Assembly: GCA_002633005.1 (NCBI GenBank)
Contig: NMRA01000215.1
Coordinates: 285,845 to 349,844, forward strand
DNA length: 64,000 nucleotides
Origin: Phoronis australis
Lineage: Eukaryota > Animalia > Phoronida
Direction: 5' to 3'
Shown here: in pieces, positions 25,000 through 39,396 of the stretch
Layout: every line of letters begins with the position of its first letter
How positions within the stretch are numbered: the stretch's first letter is position 1
Made by a program: the position numbers and the translations under genes
Notes under the pieces: model-generated
Seen by the model: the letters and a program-made list of their open reading frames with translations, nothing else
What the model was told of the DNA's origin: nothing
Databases searched by the model: none

Positions 25000-27877
25000 G
25001 ACCTAGACAACACCCCTCCTTTCAATTGTTGATTGTAACATGAAGAGGATACTAGCAGTGAAATTTATAGAACTTTTCAACAGGGTTCAACTGAACAATG
25101 TTGTAAGCAGATATTTAAATAAACTTGATCAAATGCATTTTGAAAATCACTAAACAACTTCTTGTCAACAATTGAACCATGGTAAATACAATGTAAGAAT
25201 ACTTGAAGACAAAAGGTAGGAATGTGGAATCCTAAACACTGTCAGTAAAATTCCTCTGCCGCCTTTAAAAGTCCAAATCATATAGTTTGAAATCTCAATC
25301 TTGAACTTGTACAAGATACTGCTTTGTTTCCGTGAACAGGGAGTGGGATGAGTACATGTTGCTGAAGAACAAGGCCATATGCCAACATAACACAAATTTC
25401 GCATACCTTATTTGACAGCCTATGATTCCCATACAAAAAAATCTGAAAACCCACATAAAAGTACTAAGTGAAAGTAAAAATTCACTGTATGGTGGACAAC
25501 AGATTCAATAGAATGAAACGATCTACGTAAAATTTTAAACAAAAGGATAATGATGAAGTTTTAGATGCTTCATTAAAATGGACCTGTTTACTCCAAACAG
25601 GAATTGTTCAAAAGTTTCTTTTGGCACTTGCCTCAATAAAATAATTTGCAACATTTTGGACAAAGCAAATTCCTCACAATGCCAAGTCTGGTTAAGTTCA
25701 CAACTAAGACCAGTATTCAACCAAACATGGCACTACAATTGTTTCCTAACCCTGTGTAGAATAGCTACAGCATTTAATGTAAACTGTGGGCAAGCTTTTC
25801 AAAAACTTCCATGCTGGTTTTTGAACACTGAAGTGATTAAAAACACCTATTTTCAAATAATCCCCCATTTACCCACAAAAACTACTGAATTGTACGCATC
25901 ATATTGCACAATTAGTGTGATATAGTGTCAACAAAAGTGTAACTATGCCAGCAGCAAGCTTCAAGTGTCCATCCTCAAAACCGCTCACTAATGAAAATGG
26001 TGATAATTGAGAATGGTCCCATGTTCAAAATATTCTTTCAAAACACATGGGATGGTTTAATACAAGCTTTAAAATTTTCCAGCAGTAAAAAGGGATGTGA
26101 ATATTTTTACTTTTTGTTTATAGAAATGATGCAAATTAGCAACCTGTTTAAATAGAAACAGACTAGGCACTGACCAAACTGACTCTAAGAGAAAGGTTTT
26201 GATAGCAGAGCACAAACAACTTTGGCACTTGACGTGAATTATGTCAAACATACATACTGTCTGCTGCATTCTTGCATTTTTTAAGTCAACACAAGACTAT
26301 TAATGGACAGCTCAACATGAGATCCCAGTGCACTTTTATATAGTGCAGTTCAACATGGTGTCAGATGATAAGATAAACATCTTAAAATCATTTTCATGCC
26401 AACTTTGGTTCAAGCTAAAGGAGGAATTTAATGTTGTTACCTTATTTTAAAAGAGTAGAATCTAGGATGTCATCAGGACGCCCAGTCATAATTACTCAGG
26501 ATGAAACGGTTCATAACCTCTAAAAACAACATGTAAATCTAGCCATGGGAAGTATTTCTCCTCAGGGGTATTTCTTCAAACAACACTCGGGGAGGGGGGG
26601 GAACCATCATCTTTGGCAAATTTCCATATTTATATTCATCTCTGGCTGCATGTGTGAGTTGAGAAGACAGTCAAGTTTATATGGGGACATTCCAAAATAA
26701 CTTCAATGCATGTTCAATACAAAACACATAAACAATTAAAATGTTCTTTTCTTGTTTCCAACATTAAGCAATGTTGGAGCATTACATACAAGGCATGCAT
26801 TCAATTATGGTTGGAAACAAATCATCAATACTGCCTCTGCTGTTGTTATACTATCTCAAATCACAGAAAGAACAAGGCTAACAATAAAGACCAAGATAGC
26901 ATTATTTTAAAAAACTTCACGACCAGAGTATGTGAGACATTGCGATGGTCTAACAGGTAAGAGAAATTTTAGCATTCATTTGGCAGTTTGTCCTTGTTTA
27001 TTACAATATTAAATGTGGCTGAACCTCTGGACCTGCACCTGTATCATTGGGCATAAATTTGGTTTTAATTCACTTTCAGGATGGATCAGTAAATAAAAAT
27101 ACCAAGTCTTCCTTTAAGAACAGAGTGATGGCAAAACTAGCACATTTCAGAAACAGTGGTATGCCGTCAGACAGGTCTGAGTGGCAACGAAATGCGACAA
27201 ATGCTCTCTTTCAAAAGTTGGCATTTTGGACAGCACCATACCCATAGAATGTCAGTCTCACTTTACTACAGAAAACTTAATAAAGACCTACCAGGATCAA
27301 CAATTTTTTCAGACAAAAAATGGCAAGAAATGTGCGTTTTTGATTGCCACAGACGATAAAAAACGGAATATGGAATTCAGTGGCTTGGTTTTCATCACTC
27401 AAAACTGCTGTAAATCTGCCTTCAGTCAAAAAAACTAAGTTTTGATTTTGACCACTTACAGTTATCCAAAACCCAAAAACTTCTCATATCAGCAAGGAAC
27501 AGATTGAGACCAGTTCCACTACAGTAAATTGGCTAAATAAAAAGATTGTTACTTTGATTGAGTAAACCTGGGTTTATTGCTGCTTAAAATTAGTAAAATT
27601 CACATATGGATACAACATTTGCAACACAACCTCAGAAAAACTAATTGACAAAATTGGTCATTTTTCATTTCTCTAAGTCTTCTAACATTATTTCAGTAGT
27701 GCTCACAACGTCTCAAAACAGTGGCTGGTGATAGGTATGGTGCTTAACTTGACTGTTGTTCAAGTATAGAATGGTCATTGCAAACCAGCTGCTGCAATAA
27801 AATAGATTTTTTCGCTATAATCAATAAATTCAACATTCTTATCTACTACAAGTCTACTTCTGAACACAATTTCCGGA

Positions 27878-27951
27878 GGTCCCGGATTTTGAGAACCAGT
27901 TTAAAGACCTGTCATTCAGTGGAGAAAACTGGTTATCACAATATGAGACCC
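27878..27951. mobile_element. ~70-bp palindromic mini-MITE (family B)
   Basis: attttgagaaccagttt ... aaaactggttatcacaat; related copies at 47015-47078 and 50416-50484. Confidence 0.6.
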
Positions 27952-28665
27952 TGCAAGTTACCCAATTTCAATTATGCATGTACTAACTCATGACTCCAGT
28001 CAGAGAGTGAAAAGACTGGTGAGAGTGAACTGCAATCCATGTCAAATTTGTTAGAATTATGGTGGATGGTAAAAGGAACACAAGTTGTAAGAAAAATTAA
28101 GGCAATGCGATAAAATGGTGTTTATGAAAACGCCGGTACTGTGTTTGAGACCGGCCATGACTTCTCACCTATTTCACAATGACATAATTGTCATTTCGCT
28201 ATTTTCTAAGATGGATTACCTTGCTTCAAATCATAAAAACTTTACCAAATGCCATTTTAAGACATCTGTACAGAACAAACCAAGCAAATAGTACAATAAA
28301 AATTCTTTTTATTTTTTAAATAAATATGAGATAATACGTTTCACCTGGCAAACACATTAGGTGCTAAATAGTTGAAGAATTGTCATATCTTCTGAAAGTC
28401 ACAGTTAAGCCTGTTAAGAAAATTATGTAAGAGCAATCGTTGCAATAAGTTTGTGGTTGCAAACTCAGAATACCCAGCATAGCACTTTGCTAATCACTCT
28501 TCGTTTGTATTTTATAGGATTACAAGATAGTAAAATCTGAACATTGCAATGTGGGGACCTAACTGCATACTTATCACAGGAATGCTCTTAAAGAAGAACA
28601 TTTCGATGTATCGTAGCAAGAAGTTGTCAAATTATCAGAAACACAACTTTCAGCTACTTCATAAC

Positions 28666-28769
28666 AGACCAAGTGGATACCCCCGCTCATTAGACCAAGT
28701 GGATACCCCCGCTCATTAGACCAAGTGGATACCCCCGCTCATTAGACCAAGTGGATACCCCCGTTCATT
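28666..28769. repeat. 26-bp minisatellite x4
   Basis: agaccaagtggatacccccgctcatt at 28666, 28692, 28718, 28744. Confidence 0.95.
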
Positions 28770-31237
28770 CATGTTTTAAACAAAGCAGCACCATGATATT
28801 CTTTCAAGTACTTCACCATTGGTTACACCTTGAAACAACAACAGAAAGTAGATAAAGACAACATACGTTCCAGTACAAATACAAATACAAATTGCCTCAG
28901 ATGCAATAAAGTTGAACCGATTTTTTTTAAATGAAGAAGCATTTCTCCATCAATATTTGAAGGTGCATTAAAATCTCATTTACAGATGACCCATCATTTT
29001 AATACATCCATAATTTTGTACGCGTTTGCCATGATATATGAAATGTATCAAATGATAGTCACATATCCAGGAACATTAATCGACACAAATGTAGGTGTAC
29101 AACCTTATCTTGGTGACTATTTTTATTTATCAGTTACAGACTTTGCTACACCAAGACTAGGCTAGGCAAGGTGCCCAATTCCAGCCAAGCAGCAAGTCAA
29201 GCATATTCATAAAGACATGACTGAGTTACTTCAAGTAGTAACTGATTTTGAGATTTATCATATATCTCAAATTCTGGACAATGCATTTTTGTATCAACAG
29301 AGTCGGAAAATAGAGTTCGCAGTTCATAAAATCATGAAAAAAATGGCTGCCGACGCAACCTTTTCACGATGCAACCTTTTCACGCATCCTAATAGTGCGC
29401 AACAAAGAGGAGAATCACCATTTATCATTTATCATAATTCTTGAATTTGGGACGGCCAATATTGGCTGTTTCTAAAATTTGGTACAAGATCTAACTTTGA
29501 GCTTACATAAATTTTCACTGTCCCAAATTGGAGAACTTTTAAAATAATATGTTTTTGTCAGCACAAAATACCTGTGTGACAGAAAATATTTGTGTTACGG
29601 TAAATATTTGTGTAATGGAAAAAATCGTCTGTGTCTACTGGATGACAGTGTACCACATATAAGTACGTAAGCAGACCAGTGCCGTACCATTTATCACCAT
29701 TGAAACTTTAAACAAATGACTTCTTCAAACAGAGTGAGTGGCTTCAATTTAATACATCAAATACTTCAGTGTAAACAGATGCAACATTTTGAAAAAGGAT
29801 ATGATAACGAAGCGCCCACAAATATTACTAATAATTCCTAATGCCAAGAATGTCTTATCAGTTTATCAAGTCCTATCGGGAACCTAATCTTCCGAGATGG
29901 GATTACCACCTACACATTTCGTGAGTATGTAATTATGCAAGCAGATAATACACAATTATTCTAATTACTCCTTAAGCTTATTCCATTTGTTACCAAAATT
30001 AGAATCTAAATGGTACTTCAACAACCTTTGCCAATGCACAGCTGAAAAGTTTCTCTTTGATCAGGAAGACACTTATATGCTGACTGACCAGTAACAGCTA
30101 GAGTTACATTATACACCACACAAGAATCTACTGCAACTAACTGGAAGTTTGAAGACAACACTCAGTAAAATACTTTCATTGAGAAAACACTGAAATTTTC
30201 ATTTTTACATGCATTTTTTCACTTGGAATCATTTTCATAATTTTAGACTGCTTAATTTAATATTTTTAATGGGCAAATACTCTCCATTACTAATACTCTT
30301 CATTACAAATATCTCTCCATTACAGGACGATTTGGGTGTTCACCACATTTGTCAAATTTCCGACAATGTGTTTTCAATTTACAGTGTGGCTAATTTTGCC
30401 GTCTTTCAGGTGATTCTTGAATTCGAGATGGCCAATAGCATCCATTTCTAGAATTTGGGACTCGCACACAAAATTATCTACCCTGTGTTAATGAGTTATT
30501 ACAGCCAGTGTTCAACACTACAATGAAGTCATGCTAATGCCATATTTGCTCTTCTCTACACCAATGAAACTTCAATCAGTGTTTGAGAAGGGTTGATGGA
30601 GCAGTATATGGACATAATTGAGTGCCCTCTCTGGGAAACCTGTGTGTCGCTTGTGGTTCTTGCACAAATCTATTGATGAAGTGCAAGGGCCAGTGAAATG
30701 GGTAGAGTTTATGGATATGACCGAGATCTATTCTGAAAAAAAATAATTCTTCACTTTTCGAAATTTTTAACATATCTAACCTGGTATTTTCATCCCCACA
30801 ATGCGACTCTTGAAAAATAACACTCGGTCAGTGGTACTCAAAACAAACCTCTTTAAATTTTTAAGCACTTAAGTTCTGTATGTATGTGTCACTATTGAAG
30901 GTGTTGTAAATCGGCTCCTGTCAAAAACAACTTTTGATTTAGGCCACCGTAATATCGGTGTCAACATGTTACCTCACCCAGATTATAACAGCTTTCTGAA
31001 CATACATTCAGAATTGCTTGAGGGCCGGAGCTTGGTGCATAAAATAATCCACACTGAAAAGCCAACTTGTTATGCCTGGTCTCGAAGCTATAACAAACAG
31101 TCAGTTCGTTCTGGACCCAAATATCACTTCTAATTGGTCAGCCGAGACCAGTTTTAAGACTGTAAGCAGTGTAATTCGAAATTTTTTTCATATACTTGAC
31201 ATCTGCATACACGCAACATTACAGTATCTTGAGACAA

Positions 31238-31565
31238 GTTTTGCTGAATACAATGTTCTGTTTGTTTTTAATGGCCTTAATAGATAAACGCTCTAATTGG
31301 CAGCAGGCTGAACTCGCGTCAGGCATTAGTTTATGTAAAAAAATAATTCAGGCTCATGAGAGACAATGTACTGGGTTATATATATTCTCGTGATTTGAAT
31401 ATGAACCCTGAAATATTGACTTTTTGTGCTTTCCTCATTGTCATGTGATTGGGTCATCGTTTACATCAAATGACGCCTGACACCCCTGAGATCAGCCTGC
31501 TGCTTATTAGAGTGTTTATCTATTAAGGCCATTAAAAACAAGCAGAACATCATGTTCATCAAAAC
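31238..31565. repeat. Long inverted repeat (~100-bp arms, ~120-bp spacer)
   Basis: 31238-31339 is the approximate reverse complement of 31460-31565 (e.g. tttttaatggccttaatagataaac / gtttatctattaaggccattaaaaa). Confidence 0.9.
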
Positions 31566-32974
31566 ATGTAACATTCTTGAATTGTTTTCCTGCAACATCA
31601 GACTTTGATCATAAATGAGACCAAAAGAACAGCTTTTAGTCAAGAAAAGCAGTTTGAATGACTTGCAAAATATTAAACGTTCCCAGAATGACAAATCAGT
31701 TATTTCTTTTAGACATAAAAATCCAACCACCCCATCTACTCATAATCCCACAGGTAAAGACTTCTTAATGACTCAAAGATCAAAGTTTAACCCACTACCT
31801 CCCAATCTTAACACTATTTATCAGGGAATATAAATTCCAACAGGTTAAATTAGCAACAGATTATCTCATATTACAAAAATCGAACACTTTCAACCATCAA
31901 ATTACAAGATAAATTACCTATGAGAACACTAATCCACATTACTATTGGGGCAATCATCATAATTAATGACTACTTGATGCAATAAATGATATAAAACTGA
32001 TATGTTGGGTTTCACAGCAGGTGGTCAATTTTTTTGCTTACACAAGACGGCTGCACTGCAACAAAAACTTGCATTAGTGAGGAATCTACCGGAGATATTA
32101 CACGCCCAGAGATATTACACGTCCGATGATAACTTGATAACTAGTAACGCAACTTGCGGGATTAAAATGCTTGTTGGCTTAGTCACATTTCATCCTTGAT
32201 CTCTGTGTGACATACCTGCATTCAAGTACATTCACCGAGTACATTCACCTTTTAAATTACCTAATCTAGACCGTTCCTCAAACTCTTCAAACACGTGATT
32301 GGACTACCAAAATTAGACCCTAATAAAGTAAATCTTCCAGAATATGGGCCCCATCTTGAGGTCATGCTCTCAGCTTCCACTTTCACTTCCAGAAATAGAC
32401 GAGAATCATTGAAGATTCTAAGACAATGCTCCCAGTCTCGTATTCCAAAGTGACGGTACTTCACCTCTATTTTTTCAGTAGTTTCCTACCTTAATTTTAC
32501 ATCCCATAAACACAAATGGCAATACATCTTTTTGGCACACCAATAAAACAGAATTCGCGTCACAATTTCATTGTTATAGGCCATCCTGAGTAGACAGCTC
32601 ACCAACAAAGAACGGTTAATATTCCTGTGTTTCATAACGTTATTATGATTGCAAGGCAAACTTAGGGACCTCAAGGACATGCTATGATCACTGGTACTGT
32701 TTGCGTCCACAAAAAGGGCGAAAAATTGTGTTAATGGTTGAGGCTACTCGGATCTTACTGCTGTCCGATTAAAGTACAATAAAAAGTAATCCAGAGGAAA
32801 GACTTAAGGTTTTCAGACCATACTGAGTTGCCCGCCTGCCAACTCAACGGGAGTGATCAAAGGTCAGCTTGAACAAAAAATACAAAGTTTGGGACTTGCC
32901 ATGGTGTAAACGGTGTTGTGATTACAATCCAATCATTTATGGCAGCACGTAGATAGGCAGTAAGTTTTATGACA

Positions 32975-33179
32975 CTTAGCAACCCAACGCAAAGCACACT
33001 GAAAGCCTCCAGCACCACGACCAAAAATCGTTCGTAACTAAAAAGCAGTCAGTTACCGAACAGAAGCGAATAGCGACTGCACTTAACGAAACGAAGATGG
33101 TTGCAACGATACCTGTCGGAGCGAATTCTACGCGGCAGTTTTTGAGACGATTGTGAGATAAAAGCAGCTCGAACACGTT

Positions 33180-33214
<35 letters not shown>
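32975..33214 (+). mobile_element. Possible retroposon 3' fragment with (TAA)n tail
   Basis: CpG-rich patch in a CpG-poor background ending in ~11 TAA units (33180-33214). The microsatellite is certain; retroposon origin is inferred. Confidence 0.4.
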
Positions 33215-33216
<2 letters not shown>

Positions 33217-36200
33217 TGTTCAGCAGGCAACATGTGATTTCACACCCATATACACAAAGCTAATGGTGTAATGAGTAAACTAATGCAGAATCAAAACATT
33301 TGTTTGCACTTTTCCCTCGGCTAATACACTCAAATTGGTGACAATAGGTTGCCCAGTCACGGCCATTTTACATTATGTTCCTAAAAATACCCTCCATGTG
33401 ATCACAATCTTAGCCTAAATGTGTAACACACATAACGTGCCCAGGAATTCTAAGAAGTGGCTCTTTGATTAGAAATCTCGTTAAAAATAGTTAACCAATT
33501 TAATTTCTGAATGAAATTCACTTATTCTTTCTAATTCTCAGAATATACAATTCTTATTCAGAAGAACACAATAATACAAAAGTGTCCCAAGTAGTCTTTC
33601 AAAAACTTCTGTCATTTCTTTACCAGTTCTTTGCTGAAATAAGACTACAATAAAATCTCAACAGTTTTGACAAAAATAATTATACCAAAATTGTCTTTCC
33701 ACAGTGATATCTCACAATTTCATAAAATATTGTTCTGCAGAAGCCACAAAGCAAAACCAAAAGATGAAAGAGCGTTTATTTGCTATCACGGTATCTAAAT
33801 ACTCTGTTGAGAAATGAAAAATAGAACTTTGTTTGTCCCCCACACTGTCTTATTACCCAAGTATGCAATGACTCCATTTACAGGTCATCAGCACCATTTT
33901 GGAAATCGCAGTGACACGACTGATTGACCACGGGTCTCCAGACAGATTTCAGCCGACGAGAAAACTTATCAATGAAATGATGCGGACCTGCACTATGTCG
34001 TGTCAAAAGGATAAGCGCTGCTGAACCCCGCCACGTATGACGTGACGTAGAGCTGTGAATTCGCCAGCTCTAAGTCACACCTAGGTGTGAACGAAGACAG
34101 TTGTCGCCAGCTATGTACCATTAAAATAACAAATACCACTACGCTTCCTCTCCTCTTGGATACTGGATCAGTCGTGCTTGGAAACCCTGCGCAGCTAGGG
34201 ACACCAGGGTGCTAATCGCCGGTCTCGATCGATGCGCAGAGGTGTTAATCATTTCGAGCATCCTTAAGCTATTTGACGACAACTTGTCGGCAACTTTACA
34301 GTCTGGTTAAAAATCAACAATTTGTTCATCTGTAATCATCCTTTCATGCCTTATCTAGTCCTTCAGGTAGCTCTCGAGATTTTGTCGAGTTCAGTATAGC
34401 CCTGTTATCTCGTCTAGTTAGGTGCGAGGTAATTTAATATTTGGCTACCTGCAAGATATGTAGCTCTAATATAAACTGAATGACCAAATTAATGAGAACC
34501 ATTAATGAATTGCAAAAACTATTACATACCCATACTTGGAAACATCAATAATGACAATCTAACACTGCTTTTGAAGACAAGATTAATGATAAGACACTGA
34601 TTGCATTGAATTGCTTGGATATCTCTGTCAACAAAAAAATTGAGACTTTTGAAAACTTGGTTAACGCGAAACAGCCAATAATGTAAACTCCGAAGTCTCT
34701 CAACTTGGCGTTATTGATATTTCACAGACAACTACAATCCAGAGGTGTCAAAATCATACAAAAACACTTTCACATGGCTTATTTCTTAGACCTGTCCGAT
34801 GTAATTAAAGAGAGACTGCCCACCTCAGTATTTGACACACATACCATGGCGCACCCACACAAACCATGCAAGCACTCTTGAATTTGTGTACTAAAGATAG
34901 TTCAACTTTGGAGACAAATAAACACTGAGGCTGAGCGACCATGGACTTGAGATAGGAAAAAGAGTAAACTGGGTCAAATCAGAAGGTTACTCATAACTGA
35001 GAATACTAAACATTACACATCTCTGTGTTTTTGTAATTATCCAGAAAAAAAACATCCAAGCAGGATAGCTCCATGAATTTATACATAGTCTAAAATTCCA
35101 CACACATGCACAATGTAGAATCTCAGGATAGCTCACTGCAAAACTTTATTAAGTGAGCAGGTGGCCCAAGCCCAGTGTCTTCTGCAGTGTACTAGGCATG
35201 CCCAGGTCACAATGTTGACCCCATTTCAGTGACGAACTCTTTGACTCATGAGGACCTTCCATGTAGAATTCCTTGTGGACAGTCAGCCAATTTGCCTATT
35301 TTTCCACAAATTGGAAACTATAAGACAGTCAAGTGTGATGGATTGTGAAACTTCATACAAACAAGTCATGTGAGAGTCAAGTAGTAGGTCACAAAGTCTT
35401 GAACAGGATTAACAGTTTCTTAGTGTCGACAGCATTTTCGTAACCAGCAGGGTTTGAAACTACGTGATATTGCAGGTAATATGTAATAAAATCAATTCAG
35501 ACAGTCAACAAAATAATCAGAAAATTTCGCAACAACCAAGGGTGTTGCAACAGCTTGAAAACAGACCAAAATAGCGACAAGTTGCTTAATGCTTGAAAAT
35601 AGCAAGGCAATTAGGCAATTACAAAGGAGGAAAATCAAAGGGTCTCTTTACAATAATTACAACCAATCGGATGATCTCTTGAATAAGCTTGCTAATAGTT
35701 TGTTGAATCGTTGTCAATTCATTAGTAGCGGTAAATTTCTGAGAGGATGATCCCTATTGGAATGCAGGTAGGAATTAATTGGATGGCTTTTACCTGTCTA
35801 TACAAATAATGAGGAGAGAAGACCTGTCCATTGGTATTAAGTTATAGGTTTTGGAGCAATCACACTTTTCACTTAAGAAATGAATGAGGGGTAGTATATT
35901 GCTTGGAGGGGGGCGGGGGGGGGGGGNNNNNNNNNGGGGCAACAATGATTTGCTATGTGTGCTTATTAACAAATCATTGGTAGTTTCATAAACAGAGATG
36001 GGGGCAAAAAGTGAAAGTGCCTCTAACAACTGCTAAACTACGCTACTCGAGTTTTACTAAAACTTGGTGAGTTTCATTGTGTCTATGGTACACATACACG
36101 AGCGTAGTATCAAAATCTTACACACAGATTGGGACTCACAGAGGCTGACGAAAGAATTAAAATTGCCACTAGGTGACCCAACATTAGCAAAGTCATCTGA

Positions 36201-36884
36201 AAATCATTAAAAGGGGCAGAGCTGGCTGCCCAAATTCATGAAAATCCTTCGGAGAGTTTGGCAAAAATAGATGACTCAAAAAAGCCAAGAAATAAAACTG
36301 TCAATGCAAAGGTGCAGCATCAGTTGAATGAAAAACAGGGGATGTAGTAATCTCCTGAACAAGGAGTGCGACCCAGTTTTAAACAGGAGCACAACTGCCA
36401 AATTTCCTCAAGATCCATCGAAGGAACCTGGTATACATAGACAGGTGCAAGAATGTAAAGCTACCGCTTGGGGCATTATGTGATTGTAGGATCTGTTCAA
36501 AAATTAAAATCATTCCATGCTCTTCATCAAGCAAACACACCTAATGATTTTTACAGCCTTTTCGAGCAGTTTGGTGGACATAATCTAACCTGACATTCGA
36601 AAAATGAATAGGTATATAAAAATCTTAATAAACATGTCAACTCTCAAAGAAACGCTCTTGACATGCCACGCCTCTACGTTCAACAGAGTTCCAAAGTGAT
36701 GCAGTGGCACGCCTTCCTGCACCACACCCCTGAAATGTTACCGAGACGCAATTATCTCCTGCCAAAAAGGCACTTAAAAAGTAGAAGTACCGAAGACATC
36801 AGCCTGTAGATTAAATCCATTTCGCACAGCTTAACTCAAAGACAAAGAGAAAATAGTCAGTTCCTTTCTCCCCACTGCCACTGA

Positions 36885-37309
36885 AGGCCCTTTCACACTA
36901 ATGCCGACGTGTCGATGTTAAGGGGAGTTGGGGTCAGTATGAGCTGTTAACTTCGGTCCTGAATAAAAGTTAACAGCACCAGTTAACATACGTGGATTTA
37001 ACAGTGGAGTGTCAACACTGCCGTGCGGTATGAATGGTTAACTTCTATCTCATCGAGGTTATCGCCAGGGTCCACTGCTATCGTCAACAATCAAAGAGCA
37101 GTGTCGTCACTAATGGCTGCTTATATTTTGCTCAAATACTCACCAATCGAATTAGAAATAAGTTTTATGTCAATTAGCACACGTAAACGTTCTTAAATTG
37201 CTACATTAAAAAAATCTTAGTGTGTGCACTCAATGCATCTATGCTACCTTTCAATTACTTTGACGGCGACAGCGTCACCAAACTTCGCAGTTTAGTATGA
37301 AAGGGTCTT
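36885..37309. mobile_element. MITE family C (Harbinger-like), copy 1
   Basis: TIRs aggccctttcacactaa / ttagtatgaaagggtct; inverted diverged copy at ~52075-52523. Confidence 0.75.
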
Positions 37310-38485
37310 AACTCAGATTTTACCGCAACTGATCTCCTTACGGTGAAAGAAGCTAACTTCGAACGTGCTAATGAAGTCTCGATTGACGAATTCTTTTATG
37401 TGTTCGAAGGTGGCTTAAGAACCACTGCTGCAGATGTACACTTCAAAGTAAACCCTCTAGTTCACCTGGTAGTCAGGCCCGCCAGTATAGTTCCATTCGC
37501 ACTTAGAACTAAAACTGCAAGAAAAAAACTTGATAGACAGGCCAAACTCAACATCAACACCTCTGTCTGTGAACGCAACATGTCTACATCACCTGCCATA
37601 TCCAAACCCATCCAAAAACCCTACCGTACACGATCTGGAAGACTGCCATCCCACCCAATCGTTTGAACATTAGCTTGCTGTAGTTAAAGACATCAACTTG
37701 GAATGAGTTTTCAAGATAGTGCTTGATTAACTCTCCAGTCCACAGGAGGAAGATGTTATTGCAGGACTAGTTTTAGTATTTTACAGCATAGCTTTTCTTT
37801 CCCTTTCTCAAAAGGGAAAGATGTTCTCCGAATATAACCTTTATAGTTTATGAGACATACGGTAGAGGTCACTGGAGGACAGTCTATCAAATAAACGTTC
37901 AAGTCTCAATGCTGCTGATTTATCTCTCTCTACTTGGACTGACTGTTGAACTAAGTCAAGGCACAGATGTCAGCAATATGGACTCCCGCTTATGTACACA
38001 TCGCCTGTGAAAAATTACTTGTTTACCCAATAAGCTGCTATTTTAAGTGTTTATTGTAATTTTTTTTAAGTACTTCGCTAAGATTAGGAACCAACTGCAC
38101 CACAGTTTGAGATCTCTTTGCAACAAAGTCAGGCCTTTAGCACTAAGCCACTTACAACGAAAATCAGGTCACTTTCTATTCACTTGTTTTATGGGTGCAA
38201 ATTTTATAGTATTGCAACTATTGATTCACAACTTTTTAAGGACAGCGGAAACCAGTGAGTGCACATCCCCGAGCATAGATTTGTGAGATATGAGCCTTGT
38301 GATCCAGAATCCGGAAAGTGTCACATAGGCGATCGTCAGCTAAGTAAACTGGCAAGCACTGGATTGATGTTACCTGTTTACTCAATCATACAAACTGAAA
38401 TTTTGGCTGCTTGATATACACCTATAAAAAGAAGTGATCTCTACAGATTGTATACCTACGTCTGCAGGTGGTGCTGTTCCGGACG

Positions 38486-38520
38486 AACTCTATCCCACAA
38501 TCCTTTGTGTACATGACGTC
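38486..38520. promoter_or_regulatory. Candidate promoter motifs (ZNF143/SBS-like, CRE-like)
   Basis: aactctatcccacaatcctttg and tgacgtc in a small CpG-containing patch just beyond the EDRF1 3' end; similar SBS-like cores also occur in introns (~51960, ~61757), which weakens the call. Confidence 0.3.
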
Positions 38521-39396
38521 TCCCTATCTTCATAAAAAGGTCGACGAGTTTACTTGACAAAATACGATAAATGGTGCTCACAAGGACACTGATAAAAAAA
38601 CAATAAAAGTTTTGAGAGTCAAAAACTTCCAGTATTTATTAAGATATGCTCACACCAAGTTTTACAACTCAGTTCAGTCACGTCCTATTTCTGAACATGC
38701 ATCAAAGCAAAACACATGTAGAGCACAATACTTTGCAGAGGTACAAACTGAAACACGAGTTAACCAGGTGTTTTCTTTATTTTTCAAACAAAACTTAAAA
38801 CTGAGTAGAGAAAAATAAATAATAAAAACATTTTAATCTGACTTTGTTTAAAACCACCATACGCAAATTCCTGCATGGCCTGTCAACAAGCAGGTTGTAA
38901 CTGATCGATTCGCATCACACTTTTCAGAAGCGCTGTGCAAATATTGAGGATTGTCCATAATCACATTTCAAAAACACAAAAAATGCAGGGGATAAGTGGT
39001 TGACAAGACGCATAAGCCTGCAAAACGTTTAGTTGAAACCATCTTCTGCCAGAGAAAAGCATTTTGGGTACTCTTTATTATGAGTTGAAGGTGTCTGTCA
39101 AAGCAAGTACATTTTGCATACTTTTGAGAAAGTCACTTATTAGATGATCTAAAACTGAATACGTATGAACGGTTGGAGTGCATTGTCATAATAATGTGTC
39201 AGTCATGCGTTGCTATAAATATATCTATACAACGAGTGTTTTTATACTAAATACATATCATAACACTGAGGACTAGAACTTTAATGCAAGTTCTGACCAA
39301 ATTCACTTCCATATCACAATTGTTTGCTTGTGTGGGTGAAATGAATGAAATCTTTTATTCCCACCCAGTGCTTATCAACTGAACAAAAGAGATTGA

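Noticed and set aside
28666-28769. Regular short repeats as a CRISPR array (also 53206-53388)
   Set aside because: Units are head-to-tail with no unique spacers; eukaryotic context; no cas genes.
33890-33912. miR-29-like string (agcaccattttggaaatc); also miR-281-like tgtcatggaattg near 10793
   Set aside because: Only partial matches and no convincing precursor hairpin seen.
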